A DNA stretch of 64,000 nt from Sphaerodactylus townsendi (Eukaryota), in contig NC_059430.1 in assembly GCF_021028975.2 (NCBI RefSeq), positions 74,524,001 through 74,588,000 of the forward strand, in the 5' to 3' direction. The notes under the pieces were generated by a model. The model saw nothing but the letters and a program-made list of their open reading frames with translations, was not told the DNA's origin and made no database searches. Shown piece by piece: positions 1 to 13,539 of the stretch. The position numbers were made by a program, and so were the translations under genes. How positions within the stretch are numbered: position 1 is the stretch's first letter; the number at the start of each line of letters is the position of its first letter.

Positions 1-1405
1 CTTCCTGTCATATGCACAGTGGATACCATGGGGCTACATGATTACTTAGTTCCTTGGTTTTCAAGTGGGAAAATCTAGATCAGGAAAGACTGAAAATGTC
101 TGCTGTAAATGCACTGATTCTTCCTAGATGGTGCTTGTTTACCTAGAGGTTTAACAATCATGTGATTAGATGTAACACTTTTGTGTGATTAACCGGGGGG
201 CATAAATTAATTAGACAAGTCCAATATGCACTACTGATGCTTTAATTTTTTAAACTGAATAATATTCACCCCTTATCCACTAGTTTGAAAGCCTAGTTTT
301 AAGATAAAATAAACAATTTGTTAGTATCTTCACTTTTAGGTATGAGCTCTTGAGTAAATATTTGCATTTACTTTCAGTTGATTCTTTTTTATGAAACAAT
401 TTTTATTTCGCCACCAACATTTACAGAAAAGAAGGAAAGGGGGGGTAATATAAATATAGGTGCATTTCACACAGCTCATTCATAACATGTGTAACTTGTT
501 AAGAATGAAACTATTTCCCCCTCTCCCCCCTTGCACTTGAGAAGCTTACCCATTCAGAAAGCAGCAGCAAGTGCTGCAGCTTCTTCGCATAAAGTTGCTT
601 TTTTTTCCTTCACAGGATGCATGTGTAGCTATAGAGGCCTATAGAGGAATCAGTACCCCAACAAGAAAAGAAAAAAGGGGAAAAATATTTTCCCTCCCCC
701 ATGCTTGGACCTTTGAATGGTGGGCAGCAAGAGATCCCCCCACAACCAACAATCTCCCACCCTGCAACCAAGAATCTCCCCCCATCTGTACATGGTAGCT
801 GCCATTTGAGCAGACTCTCTAGAGAATCCACTCAAATAGTGGACAGAAGATGTGGGGGATTGAATGCTTTCTGCTGCCATAGTTTGCACATGCACTCAGG
901 AAGCATTTGAAACCTGGAATTTTTCAAAAAGATTGCTAGTTTAGCTATTTTTTGTAAAACTCGGGTTGAAATAAATATAACATTTTGGGAAAGAGACCTG
1001 TGCAAAGTTCTTCCCCCAAACTGAGTATTTTCCTTCCTCAGCCCATTATGTTTGTGCTGTGCAGAATCATTCCAGAGTACAAAGTAAAAAATCTGGAAAA
1101 ACAGAAAGGAAAAAAGAAGGAATGGGGAGGAGAAGGCTGCTTCTGGAAGTTCATGGCTTATGCTTGCTGATCCTAGGTTTTCTCAGAGTTTCTCTAACTC
1201 TTTCCAGCTTATCAAATTTTAAGTCTCCAGTATCTGAAGATATAAGAGCTGAGAAAAAACTCACTCTACTGCCAGAAAAATTGCTCCTTTCAGCAAGAAT
1301 GGTCAGGAGCACTCAAAGGCTCAGCTGGAATGAAGTGCCATTTCCCCAGATGTCCTCAGCTTTCAGTTAATTCTAAACTTCATTGCTGGTCTCTTAATTA
1401 ACTTA

Positions 1406-1898
1406 GGCCGTTTCTGCACGGGCATTTAATGGTGGCCTGGAGACGGCAAAAACGCCATCTCCAGGCCGCCATTCGCACAGGGGGCGCAGCTGCATCGCAG
1501 CCGAGCCGCCCTCGCGCCGGCCGGCCGCCGCGAAGCCGGCGTTTCCCCAGAGCGCTTGGAAGCGCTCTTGTTGGGGAAACGCCGCCTCGAAGCCGCTGCA
1601 GAGCGAACGGCAGCGGCTTCGAGACGCCTCCCCCACCCGGCACTTACCTTGTCCCCGGGCCTCCGGCGCGTTGCCGAGGCCTGGGGACACGCCCCCCTGG
1701 GCAGGGCCAGGGGGCGTGTCCCCAGGCCTCGGCGACGCGCCGGAGGCCTGGGGACATGCCGGGTCAGCCGGGCGCTGGCGCTCCACGGCGCCGGCTGCCC
1801 GGCTCTTTCCAGGACCGTCCGTGCGGACGGTCCCAGCATCGTCGGGTTGGCGTCGGAAACGCCGACCCGGCCGCTTCCGCCTTCGTGCGGAAACAGCC
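1406..1898. mobile_element. PIF/Harbinger-type MITE, GC/CpG-rich subfamily A
   Basis: TIRs ggccgtttctgcacg...cgtgcggaaacagcc; 3-bp TSD tta/tta; internal hairpin at 1650-1756; related copies at 13540 and 21720. Confidence 0.85.
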
Positions 1899-4396
1899 TT
1901 AGTTCTTTGAAAGCAGTTCCAGAAAAAAAAGTATTTTGAGTAAAAGTATCCCTCCAATATCTTTTGCAGGGAAGAGGGATACAAAGAATTCACCCTGTTT
2001 CTTTGCTGTTTTTCTGTCTCTATTCAGTTCTTTCTTTTCATTTCTGTCCTCTACTGTCACACGTGCTTTTCTCCCATTCTTGTCAACTCTGCCTTTTGGA
2101 TAACAACCACATTTTTCTTTTGAATCAAGCAAATTAGTGCCTTGCTTCCATTTTGTGCAGACAATGAATACAGAAGAGCCAATCAGAACAAAATAACACT
2201 TTGGAAAAGGCAGTGCTGCAATAATGGATACTGCCCTCTTCCTTCAGAGGACCCGGCAAATATGCATAGCTCTTCTTATGATGTTCTTTTAAGCTAAGAA
2301 GTTCAATAAACTCCCTACAGAAGGCAGTTTTCACAATCTAATTGGTCTAGTTTGATAATATTTGTGCAGAAAGGATATTTCAGGCACTGTTCCCACATGC
2401 CACACGCTAGACTGTTTTACACTGCTTAGTATGACCAAGACACAGTTTTGTGCTCAGTACAGAATGTCAAGAATGTCATCTTCATCAACGGACGTCCCAT
2501 TCCTTCCCCTGTCACCATCTGGAAAAGATAACAAGGAATAGTAGAAATATCTGCAACAGCCTCATCAATATGATTTTTAGAGACAGGACTAGAAGTGACA
2601 TGCTTCAAGAACTATCTTTCGGTCTTCTTCACCAGCCACAAAATAAGGCCGCCTCTAGGGTCAACAAGGAGTCTATTCTCTCCAGATGTAAAACTATGTC
2701 TCCACAGAGCTCTGTAGGTTGTATCAATTGATGGATTTTAATTAAAATGCTTTGGGAGTCAATCTGGCTGAAAATCAAGCTATAATTCTTATTATCAAAC
2801 AAATAAACAAATGTGAACTATCATAGTAGCCCTCATCAAATATCTTTTCTACTAGGTATGTTTCAGCAAGTAGGATCCAATTACCCAGTGCTGAAAAACA
2901 AAGTACCCACTATCCTTTTCCAGCCAGCATGTTTGTACATTGTGGATTGGAAAAGGGCCCCCTACTTCATTACTGAAGAGTAAAGGGCAATCTCTAGGTT
3001 TTCATGAAGGCACCTACAGTGTTATCTCTGCCAATCAAAATGCTGACCTTCAGCCAATGTGTATTGTTCATGTCATTTTCATATCTCCTAATCCACCCTT
3101 TCTGTTGATCTCTTGGGTGCCAGGTGAGGAATGTGAAAGAAATGAGGATTATTAAACACATTCGTTCAAGGTTTCTGCAGGTACCTTGCCCATTAAATAT
3201 CACAGCAGGTGATGGTGTTGGCTGTATGTAAGCCCCAGGGACCAAACATGAAAATTAAGGCAGTGTGAAGCAAGGATGGCAAAAGGCAGACCTAAGTGCT
3301 CCAAGACATTTCAATTCCCTTCAAAATTTAATGCTCAAAAGACTTAGAATCATTTAAAAATGATTCAGTCACAGAAGACACAATCATTCTTCAGACAAGA
3401 GGCATATTTGAAACCGTTTGGAGTTTTGCTCTTGCCAGATGATGCTTCACAAAAGTTACTTTTCTTTACTGCATTGTTGTTAACAAAGAAAGCTGTGCTG
3501 AAGTAAATGTTTTGACTAAAGACAGACACTGGGTAATTCAAAAGAATCCATGTGTAACTGGTACTCAAGGACAAGGTATTGAAACAAGAGTGTAGAACAG
3601 CAAAAGATTTGAACTGGGTAAGATGAGGACAAACAGTAGGAAGAAAAGGAAATAATACGTAATATGTAGGCTGGGCTGGGCTGAAACTGTGCCTGTTTTT
3701 TAGGTTCATGGATTTTATTTTGTTGAATTGCTGAAAGAAAGAAACCAGTGAGAGGCATGAAAGTAGGGTCAGAGTACCAAGTGTCAGGATTTTAACATCA
3801 AAGGAAAAAATTAAAAGGAGAAAAATCTCCTTTTTGATTGCCATGAGAAAATCTAGAGTAAGTTAGAAACACACCAGAAAACATTCAGTACTAGGCTTGC
3901 CAGTTTCCAGGTGGGGCCCACATAACATGTGAAGGCAGCTATGCAGACTTAATTGCCTGTTGCAGGGGTCTCTAACCTTCTGAAAGAGCATAATGGGCAC
4001 CACCACAAAATGGCTGCCATTTGAGCCATTTGCAAAATGGATTGTTGCTTCAATCACAAAAAAAGTGTGCTGTTGAAGAATAGTTACAAAAGACTGGAAG
4101 GTCTCAAAGTGTCTTTCTGACATAGAGGCAACTATTTTGAAATGGATGCAAAGGTGATTCTCCAAGGGTCATCTAAAATACCTCTTGCACTGAGGTGACA
4201 AAAAGCCAGAACTGGTGCTCTGTTTTGGGGAAGAAGCAAGTGCCCACCAGGAGCCACATCAATGGATGCCATGGTGTTGATATATAGCCTGCTGCACATG
4301 GGTCATCAATGAAATCTGACTATTCAGAAACGTTAACAAATACATAATCTGTAGAATCAAAGCATCAGAATCCTGAAATAAGTATGTCATGCCGAT

Positions 4397-4693
4397 AAGA
4401 AGAAGAAGAGTTGGATTTAAGTTCCCCCTTTCTCTCCTATAGGAGACTCAAAGGGGTTTTCAAATTCCTTTCCCTTCTCCCCTCACAACAAACACCCTGT
4501 GAGGTAGGTGGGGCTGAGAGAGCTCAGAAGAACTGTGACTAGCCCAAGTCACCCAGCTGGTATGTGTTGGAGTGTATAGGCTAATCTGAATTCCCCAGAT
4601 AAGCCTCCACAGCTCAGGCAGCAGAGTGGAGAATCAATCCTAGTTCCTCCAGATTAAAGTACACCTGCTCTTAACCACTACGCCACTGCTGCC
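4397..4693 (-). mobile_element. tRNA-derived CORE-SINE (Squam3-like), full length
   Basis: Minus strand has A box tggcgtagtgg, a B-box-like element, CORE motif (acaaacaccctgtgaggtaggtggggctgagagag on +) and a (TTC)n tail; further copies at 20005, 23484 and 45378. Confidence 0.85.
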
Positions 4694-5410
4694 TGTTTCT
4701 CCATTGTCAATTAGCATGATGTACATGTAGCCACCAGATAAACCATTCTGTTTCATCCTGCCAAATGCCAAAAACAAACATCTTACCCATCAGAGATGTC
4801 TAGTAAAGATTATGTTTAGTAAAGGTAAAGGTTATGACTAACCAGTTCCCCATGTCCACTGAATTGACTGATAAACTGAGGAAATCCAGTAATGAAATCT
4901 GTTTGTCCTCCATTTTTATCCCATGTCTTTGTACTATTTTTTATTGCTCAGTTTTTCTATATGGTTAATTATTTATCTCAGGCATATCCCCTTTTTGCAA
5001 TGCTTAATGTACATGGTCTACATCTTTCATGCCTTGTATATTATCTCCAAGAGTTAACTAAAACTCTTCTGGGGCATTTTGAAAGATGCAGGAAATCCAT
5101 TCAGTTGTAATGATTTCATCTTTTGACCATTTGTTCCTTTCAAATATTTTTGTAGTCTCATTTTCTTGAAATAGATGACAACTGATGCCATTCTCAATGA
5201 CAAACAGAGCATGAACACTTGATTACATGTCACTATAATTTCAGAACCAGCCAGGGTTAGGAGGTACACAGTGGCATGCATCCACAAGTAACTGCTGCAG
5301 GTAGAAAGGATTTCCATTAGCTAAGCACAGCTTCCTCACCTCTGCCCTCCAGCTGCAGCCCAGAAGTCTCCCTGAAATATTGTTGCTGGGGAACAAGGTA
5401 AATTAAAAAA

Positions 5411-5590
5411 AGGTAGTATTTCCAGGTAGGGCCTGGAGACCTCCTGAAGAAAATGACTGCTTTGAAGGGTGGAGTCCATGGTAATATACCCTGCTGAAAT
5501 CCCTCCCCTCCCTCAAACTGTGCCTTCTGCAGGCTCCACCCTCCCCAAAAAAATCTCCAGGAATTTCCCAACCCAGAGTTTGCAATCCTA
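5411..5590 (+). mobile_element. hAT-Blackjack-like MITE fragment (TAGGGTTGCCA...TGGCAACCCTA family)
   Basis: Body motif aaatctccaggaatttcccaacccagagtttgcaatccta is shared with copies at 25897, 46499, 47035 and 32024. Confidence 0.6.
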
Positions 5591-8500
5591 ATAAGGGAAG
5601 TTGGAGGTCTGCTAGAAGAATCAGCAAGATTTCTCCCCTTCCATCCACGGAAATCAGCTAATGGATCCAAGCCACTACGTGAAATACCTACACTTCATTC
5701 ATTTCCCTCCTTGGTTCCAGAAATTCTATAAGGTACAGAATCAGAAATGAACGAACTATTTAGCCCACCATGAACATGGTTCATGGTTTCACATGACCTC
5801 TGAACACAGCTTTTGTCTAGGATGTTCAGCCTAGAAAACTCTTTAATCCTGGATTTATGTGTCTAGATAATACAATAACATTATGCTGCTAGGCAATCGG
5901 AGGGGCAGTTTGAATGTTTGCATTTTAAAATTCCAGAAATACAATTTTAAAACAATTATTGCTCCCCTCCCCCCATTTTGGCATTTGCTGCTTTTACGTG
6001 AAATGATGTACATGACCTTAGATAGCATTATCTGTTCTTGGCTGGTGCACAAAATAGATTAATCTTCATTAATAGCTGTGTCCTTTAGAGCTCTACGGAA
6101 TTCTTTGCATCTGTTTATTTCTCCCTACTCTCTTCTTCAGTGGCGAGAGATTGCCTGATGTTGCAAGCTGTTAGTTTGCCAGAAGAAACTTTTGTTCTGA
6201 AGCCTAATCATGCCCACTGAAGATTAATTGTAGTGGATTAAGATTATATCTCTGGATTCCATCCAAATGTTTTCCAAGCACAGGATGACTCTGCATGGGT
6301 AAGAAAACCATTATAAACTATGTCATTCCAAGTACAACACACTGGATCTGCATCAAAAATGGATACTGACCAAAAATGACTCTTTGGGTGGTGGTACCTC
6401 ACCTTTGGAATGGCCTTACCTTTTACCTAGAAGTTAATTAGCCTTTTTAAGCTATGGTCAGCTCCTAACCCAAGAACTGTTATATCAATATCATTTTAGC
6501 CAATACTGTTTTAGAAGCAAAGGAGAGAAAATCATCATTACTAAACATTTTATAATAGGCTATGGAAAGCATTTTCCACAACACTAGACATTTTGGCCTC
6601 TACTTCACTCCTTTTTCTTTCTACATAATATTAACATAAAATTGGATGGAACAACACAGCAGCGATCTAGTAGGAGAGGGAACAAACACCGGGTTTATGC
6701 AAATGAATAACTGGCCTTCTGCTCTTTTCAGGTTGTTCTTGTTTTGCTCCATTGCTGACAAAGGAGCCCCCTTTCTCTGCTAGACAGGATTATTACTTTC
6801 CAGCGATGTGCAGGTTTCATTGACAAAGCCCATGACTCTTACATCACCTGTAGTCCATGTATTCGTAACATTTTTAGTTGATGGCAGTATTTTTTAACAG
6901 GAGGACAGAACCTAACGGATAAATGAAGAGCAATATGGGACATTGCTGTGAGCTGTACTGAATCCTTATAATGTTACAGCACTAGGGGAAAATGTCAGAT
7001 ACTTCATTACTGCAATAAAAACTATTCAGTTCTTTAGCCAGCTGGCTTATACTGAGCCATAGCAATAAACGTGTTCCTAGTGAAGAACTGAAGCAGGTAG
7101 TTATATCAAATTAATGGAACTGTATCAGTAGCTGTTAACTTGTAGCAACAGTTTCCATAGTTCCATACCTAAGGCATTTGTTTTATATGCAAAAAACAAG
7201 GCCAGGCATTGAAACATATAGGTTGCATACCTCAGCCTGCTATGGGGTCAAATACCAAGAAAGTTTCTAGTTTAGTCCAAAGAAGAGTTATCCCTTTCAA
7301 AGTCCATTGAACTGAGCTCCATGGATACATCTCTACTTAGGATTGTGGTGTTAGTCACACAAAAGTGAATGGCTCCCGTGCAATCATTGTCCCTCTAAGT
7401 TATTGCCTTGTCTCTTTCTCCCCACCTCCCAGTACAAAAAATTACTTTTGTTATTGCTGAAGTTTCTAAAATGGAATTTGTATTCTAGTTCAGTATTCAA
7501 GCAATCTTTTCATGTATGGCCTGTATATTAAATGTGGACTACTTCTGCCTTCCAGAATGTCCAATATAACCAGAAAGTTGATATATTTTTATTGTTTTAA
7601 CAAAAACAATCAAAGTATATTTTTAGGTCTTTCTCAGTGAAGAATTGAGTTTGTCTCATTTTTACGTAGAGCTGCAAGTCTGAAAAGTGATCAGAAGATT
7701 GAGAGAACTAAACTGCTAGCCCCTTCGGAAAGCGCTTTCCTGTATTACCTCCTGCAGATTAATTTGATTTTATCTGTTTTGCAATGCTGAGCTAGCTAGG
7801 GAACACATATACCTTTGTGTAGTGAAACTGTGAATGCACCATCCTTGGGAGATTATGCATTCTGAATATTAATCATGCCTCTGGAATTCTTCATGACATT
7901 GTTTAGAATGCTGCACACAATCAAAAATATATACTTGGCCCAAATTAGCAGACATTCGTGTCATGGACCGCTGAAAGGTCTCCACGTTAGTGGGCAACTT
8001 CAAGTTATGATCAATCTTCATAGCAATGCTAAAATATCCCCAGGACTTGTTCACATGGCTCATGGTAATTAGGTTGATCACTTTTTCTCCTCTCAAATGA
8101 AATTCTAGCTCATTCCTCCAAGTATAGCAACATGTAGGTCAGTATCAAAAATTACTTGTTTCAGGGAAATACAAAAGTTTTGGGCTGATTAAATTTCTGT
8201 TCTTTTTCCTCTCCCAAAGGTCAATTTGTCATTTAGCTGGATTCTGTTTCCATGCAATTTCTGTTACTGGGAAGAGCAGAAATATCCAGAAACAGGGAGT
8301 ATGTCCTCTCCAAAGTATTTGATTACAGGAAAGGTATACTTTAATTTGGTGCTTTTGGGTAGTACCTCACAATCAGTTCCTCTAGGGATGATTCTACAGA
8401 TTTCAAAGAGAGATTTTCACAGTCATAAGCATAAGCATTTTTATAAGCATTTTTACTGTCATTGTGCACGCACAACGAAATTTACAGCAGCATTCCTCGA

Positions 8501-8814
8501 TGCACACAATTTCAGACTCACACATCATCCTCACTTTCCCTTCCTCCACCCATCCCTACACAGCCCCAAACACATCAATACGAAGCCGCAGAGTTTAGCA
8601 TAGCCACAGCTCTGGAGTAGAAGCTGTCTCTAAGCCTCTTTGTCCTAGTTTTGAGGGCCCTGTATCACAGTCTGTGGTTTGTTGATTGCAGCCACAGAAA
8701 TGAAAGAAAACCATAATTTTTAATTTGTTCAGAGAGACGTCTAATCCATAGTAGATTCTCTAATCCATTAGTAGATTCCCTACATCTTTCATACATGTTT
8801 TTATTTATTTGTTT

Positions 8815-9140
8815 GTTTGTTTATATCCACCTTTCTCCTCAATGGGGCCCAAAGTGGCTTACATCATTCTCATCTCCTCTAGTTTTATCCTTACGATGAC
8901 TCTGGCCCCTTCCGCACATGCAGAATAATGCATTTTCAATCCACTTTCAATGCACTTTGAAGCTGGATTTCACTGTGCGGAATAGCAAAATTCACTTTCA
9001 AACAATTGTGAAAGTGGATTGAATGTGCATTATTCTGCATGTGTAGAAGGGGCCTCTGTGAGGCAAGCTAGGCTGGGAGTGTGTTAGAGGCCCGATGTCA
9101 CCAAGCACTTTTCCATGGCTGAGTGCGGAAACCTGGGTTT
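8815..9140 (-). mobile_element. Degenerate MIR/CORE-SINE interrupted by a MITE
   Basis: L2-like tail (ttatatccacctttctc...gtggcttaca) and CORE segment (gtgaggcaagctaggctgggag) lie on either side of the MITE at 8904-9054. Confidence 0.55.
8904..9054. mobile_element. Palindromic Harbinger-type MITE (AT-rich subfamily)
   Basis: Long TIRs ggccccttccgcacatgcagaataatgca...tgcattattctgcatgtgtagaaggggcc; TSD tct/tct. Confidence 0.85.
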
Positions 9141-9633
9141 CTACTATTTCTACTATGGCTTTATCATTATTAATTTAATGACCGGATCTCTTTTATCCCA
9201 CATCCCAATGCTAGTACTAAGGCCTTCTCTCTAATGTGCAATGCATCTGATCAAGGTGATGCCAGACATCCCCTCACCCTGCAGGGGACAAAGGCTGGAG
9301 GGGAAGAAAGACCGCACCCTGACCCAGCCACTGTGATCTAGGGTGTTTCTGAAAAGAGCCAAAGGAGAGAAAGCATGCAGCAAGGCCTGCCAAGAAACTA
9401 GCAGCCATATGTCTCCAGTAATAACAACTTTACCTTTAGCGAGACTCTTCCTCACCACTGTGACCATGCCCTGTATCATAGCCATATACAACTCTTAATT
9501 ATGTCAAGTCACAGCTGGACCTAAAAATGTGGGTCTACAAGCCTTCAATAGAGTCTTTTTTCTTTTTGCATCCGCTGTTTCTTTAACTAACAGAAGACTT
9601 TTTTCTCAAATTGTATGTGTGATTGCGCTAGTG

Positions 9634-9637
<4 letters not shown>

Positions 9638-9696
<59 letters not shown>

Positions 9697-9710
9697 CCCC
9701 CCCCCCCCCC
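9638..9710. repeat. (CT)n microsatellite followed by poly-C
   Basis: Directly visible. Confidence 0.95.
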
Positions 9711-9904
9711 GGGCTACCTGTCCCTTGAGGGTAGTCCAAGACCTACACACATTTGGCACGTAACATTCTACCATGCCACCTGGATCTATTTTTTTGTGGC
9801 CCTAACCTCTTATACTGGATCTCAGGTACCCTAGGTTGTATTCTCATTGAGGGTAAATTCAGAACAGACAAAAGACTGTACTGCTCTCAAGAAGTAACTG
9901 AATT

Positions 9905-10256
9905 GCCATTGGGATGTAGTGGTGACTATTAATATCGATGGCTTTAAAAGGGGATTAGACATAGTGCCTTAGGATATGTCCATTAGTGGCTATTCTCCAA
10001 GATGAACCTCTATGTCTAGAGGAAAAAGATTTATACAGTCTGAAGAGAAACATCTTGGCCTTTGGGCTAATGTCAAGTGAAGTATGTCCAGAGGCAGTAA
10101 AATCTGAACACCAATTCCAGGAAGCAACATGGGGGAGGGGGGTGGGAGGCAAATATTTTGTTAGCCCTCAAAGGTATCTGGTTGGTCCACTGTGTGAAAG
10201 AGGATTCTCAATTAGATGAACCACTGGCTCAATCCACCAGGGCCTTTTTATGTTCT
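9905..10256 (+). mobile_element. CR1 LINE 3' end, degenerate
   Basis: gatggctttaaaaggggattagac motif and terminal ccactggctcaatccaccagggcc...ttatgttct resembling CR1 3' ends. Confidence 0.6.
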
Positions 10257-11639
10257 CTCTTTCTTCACATTTTATGGTGATTTAGTAAGTCTGCTACAGG
10301 AAGCTTTCTCTATAGCCTCCTCTCTTGTCTTTTTTCTTTAACTCGCCTTCTCTCTGAGTGGAATAACTTGCTCACATTCTTTGTGGATGTCTACATTTGA
10401 TTATTTTTATACCTTTATACTAGTATAATTTTCCTTCATCCATGTATAGTATATGGTTTCCAATTTTGAGTTCACTGGGTCTCTCTGTTTGTTGCTCCAT
10501 GCATTCAGGCCCTGTGGTAATGCTTTGATATGCAGTAAAAGATCCCCATGACCCTGTGGGTCATAGTTCTGAACTGGCATTTATAGAGCTACTGTATCTT
10601 TAGAAGCCTTTCACAGTAATAGGAGATTTTGTTCCAGCTTGAATAAGTGTTATAATCTGGAACAGCAGCTGTACAGTTAAGGGTAAAAAATAAGGGGATG
10701 TATAAGAGAGACAGTTTTCCTACATTGGTTTTCTGAAGCTATTTTGTGAGTAGGGGCTCTTACACGGAGTAGAAGTATATTTGCATGGACACGTCTGAAG
10801 AAAACAGATTTCTGACACTATAAGGTAGGTTAATTAGATCTCATCCATTGCAAACTCAGGCTATCTGATATCCTTTGAACCATACTAACTCTAACGTTTA
10901 TACAATCTCCAGATGTCAGGCCACATTTCAGTATGCCTGTAATATTATGTATACTAGGTTTTCCTCACTCCAGATTTTCATATTGAAGATGGTGTAATGA
11001 AATTTACATGGGTCATTAATTAAATAATGTGATTGCATCTATAAGATCATTTAAAACCCTTGATGAATTGTGTAGCACTGAAAAACAGAACTTTCACACA
11101 AGACCACATGAGGATGTTTGCTTTTCTTACATACTCATGCTATAATTGCCCATTTAATGCTATCACAAGCCTTAATGTGCGAGATTTTTTGATAACTCAT
11201 TAACTTTTAATGGGAGAAAGGGTGAGGCATGCAATCCCACAAGATTTCACAATATGTCTTCATTTGCCTTGTACAATAATAAGCTTATGATTACTCTGAG
11301 CCATTACTCTCTACTTTGTAATGGACTCTCTCACACAATTTTCAACATATGTCCCATGGGAAACATTAACTTCTCTCACCTACTCCATAGAGATGACCAA
11401 CTGTTGGAACCAGTTGAAACATCCACAGTTCCTAACTGAAACCACAAGAATTATTTAACTGCCTTGTATGTTTCTGCATTTTTTTTTTTGCTTCTAGCTT
11501 CCTAAATGAAGTTTTATTTCAAAGAATCAAACTGGTTGTTGTTTAATTTGTTCAAAAGATCAGTAAGTTCTGTTCCAGTATCAAAACTTGAATGATTATT
11601 TGATTCAAAATGTCAAGACATTACTAAGCTAACAGAAAC

Positions 11640-13270
11640 ACTTGAACTCTTTTCAGAGTTTACACTAGGCTAGGGAAAGATACAGCACTGGCTACTTTAA
11701 TTGATCAACTCCATTGATCAACTCCATCTGAATATAGACAAAGGCCTTGACTTTTTCCTGCCCCTAGTAGATTTACCTGTAGTCTTTGACACAGTGGACC
11801 ACATTGTTTTGTTGAAACCTTTAGAGAGAGAGGTAGATATCAGGAGATACACTTTAAATAATATCTTATGGATCAGACTCAAAGTATATCAGGAGAGATA
11901 CTTTAAATAGTACATTATGGCCTGGACTCAAAAAGTTGCTGTTGGAGACAAATTGTTATCGGTATGGGTGTTGTCCTGTGGGGTTTCACAAGGTGCAGTC
12001 TTATCCCCCATGCTTTTCAAATTCTATGTAAAGCCCTTATGAGAAACCATTCATAGTTTTGAATCCACTGTCATCAGTATGTGGATGTACTTTATATCCC
12101 TCTGTACAAGTTTCCTGGGGATGTGGTAGAGTTATCGAACCACTGCTTGACTGCTGACAGTAAACAAATTGCAACACAACCTTGACAAGATGGAGGTAAT
12201 AGGAAGCCTGAGGTCTTGAAGCACATTGTACTCCCCACTTTTGATGAGATTCAGCTGACTTTTGCACTGACTTACATTATGTAATCCACCTTAAGTCTTA
12301 GTGAGAAAGATGGACTCTTTGTAAATATAAAGGTTTATTTCTGTCATCACAGCATTTCATTTGAAAAGCATGTGGTTCATCTATGGAGGAATGTTTAACA
12401 TTTCATTTCTAGATTTGGACCACACAAGTATTAATATTGTTTCAAATTTATACCATCTACAAGGAATGTTGTAAGAACACCTGGCCATATCTTGGTCCTG
12501 GGGCCCTGCCTAGCAGCCTGGGACTCCTGACAGCTGCCAGCAATGGGCCTGGGGTTGTGGCAGCGGCAATACTCCCCTCCTGGCCTCCACAAGTAAGCAT
12601 TGCCAGTCCTGGGAAATACTGCAGATGGGGTGCGTATGGAATTCAGGTGCCAGCCAGCATCAGGCACATTATTCTTTGCATCAATAGGGCAATTTACACT
12701 GAAGGAACTCTTTGGCTCTTCAGTGCCACCACTATACAGTGGCAGAGGATAGTACTGCAGCCAAAGCACAAGAGGTATCAGGTGACAGAAAGAGTCAGTC
12801 ACACAGGTTCCATGTGGTCCCAGTTATTCAGGCTCAGATTGCATCCCAGTTAGATCATTGCAATGCACTCAGAGGGAGTACCTTTGAAGGCTATAGAGAA
12901 TCTCCAGTTGGTAGAACATCCAGTTGCAAGGTTATTAATTGTTATGCCAAAGGGGTGTATATTACATCAATTTCATTGGCTCCCAATCCAATTCAAAGAA
13001 CATTTCAAAGTTCTGGTACTTAACTTTAAAGATCTAAATGGCCTGGGGCAGGTAATCTGACTGACCACCTTCTCCTGTCTCCACTTGTCAAAACATTAAA
13101 CTTTATCCCAGAGGCTCTAATCTGTGTGTGTCCACCATCTCTAGTGAGGCAGGTGAGCACTAGAGAGAGCATCTGTTCTGTAGATGCACCTCACCTGCAG
13201 AACTTCCTCCTTGTTGTGATTTGCTGACCACCTAAGCTCTGATAATTAAGACATTAGGTTGAGATATTTT
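11640..13270 (+). mobile_element. Old L2-clade LINE RT remnant, interrupted at ~12270-12800
   Basis: Degenerate translations DLPVVFDTVDH, GVSQGAVLSPMLF, QLDHCNAL, LQLVEHPVARLL, LHQFHWLPIQF. Confidence 0.7.
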
Positions 13271-13539
13271 GGTACTCTGAAGCATAAACAGGGATTTATT
13301 ATGCTGGTTTTTAAATCTCATGAATAATTTACAGCCATGTCTGGCTTGAGTCTCCACCCTAACATTTTTTATACTTTATTCTCTCTAGTGATGCTTATTT
13401 CACTGCTGCAGTTGCGAGGTGGTTTTTTGGGGGGAGGGGGTTAATTCCTGCATTGTTATATCTTTTATTTGATGTGAAATTGTACGTTTTAAATGAACTG
13501 TCTCACAAACCTTTGGTTGAGAGTTTTAAAGTATATTCA

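Noticed and set aside
1398-1993. Multiple long overlapping GC-rich ORFs (also at 13453-14090, 34959-35729 and 37876-38522)
   Set aside because: They coincide with GC-rich MITEs that have few stop codons; open in many frames with no protein signature.
4640-4693. tRNA gene (and 5S rRNA gene at 27149-27560)
   Set aside because: These are SINE heads: no cloverleaf or full 5S sequence, and they continue into SINE bodies.
550-8100. Scattered minus-strand exon-like segments (550-640, ~2450-2519, ~6848-6911, 7869-8096; also ~28370-28437 and ~55208-55280)
   Set aside because: Short frames with stops or weak splice sites, no consistent phase chain and no recognisable protein.
12270-12800. Possible retrocopied 3' UTR (minus-strand AATAAA near 12335) inside the L2
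   Set aside because: No polyA tail, TSD or recognisable parent gene; the ORFs are uninformative.
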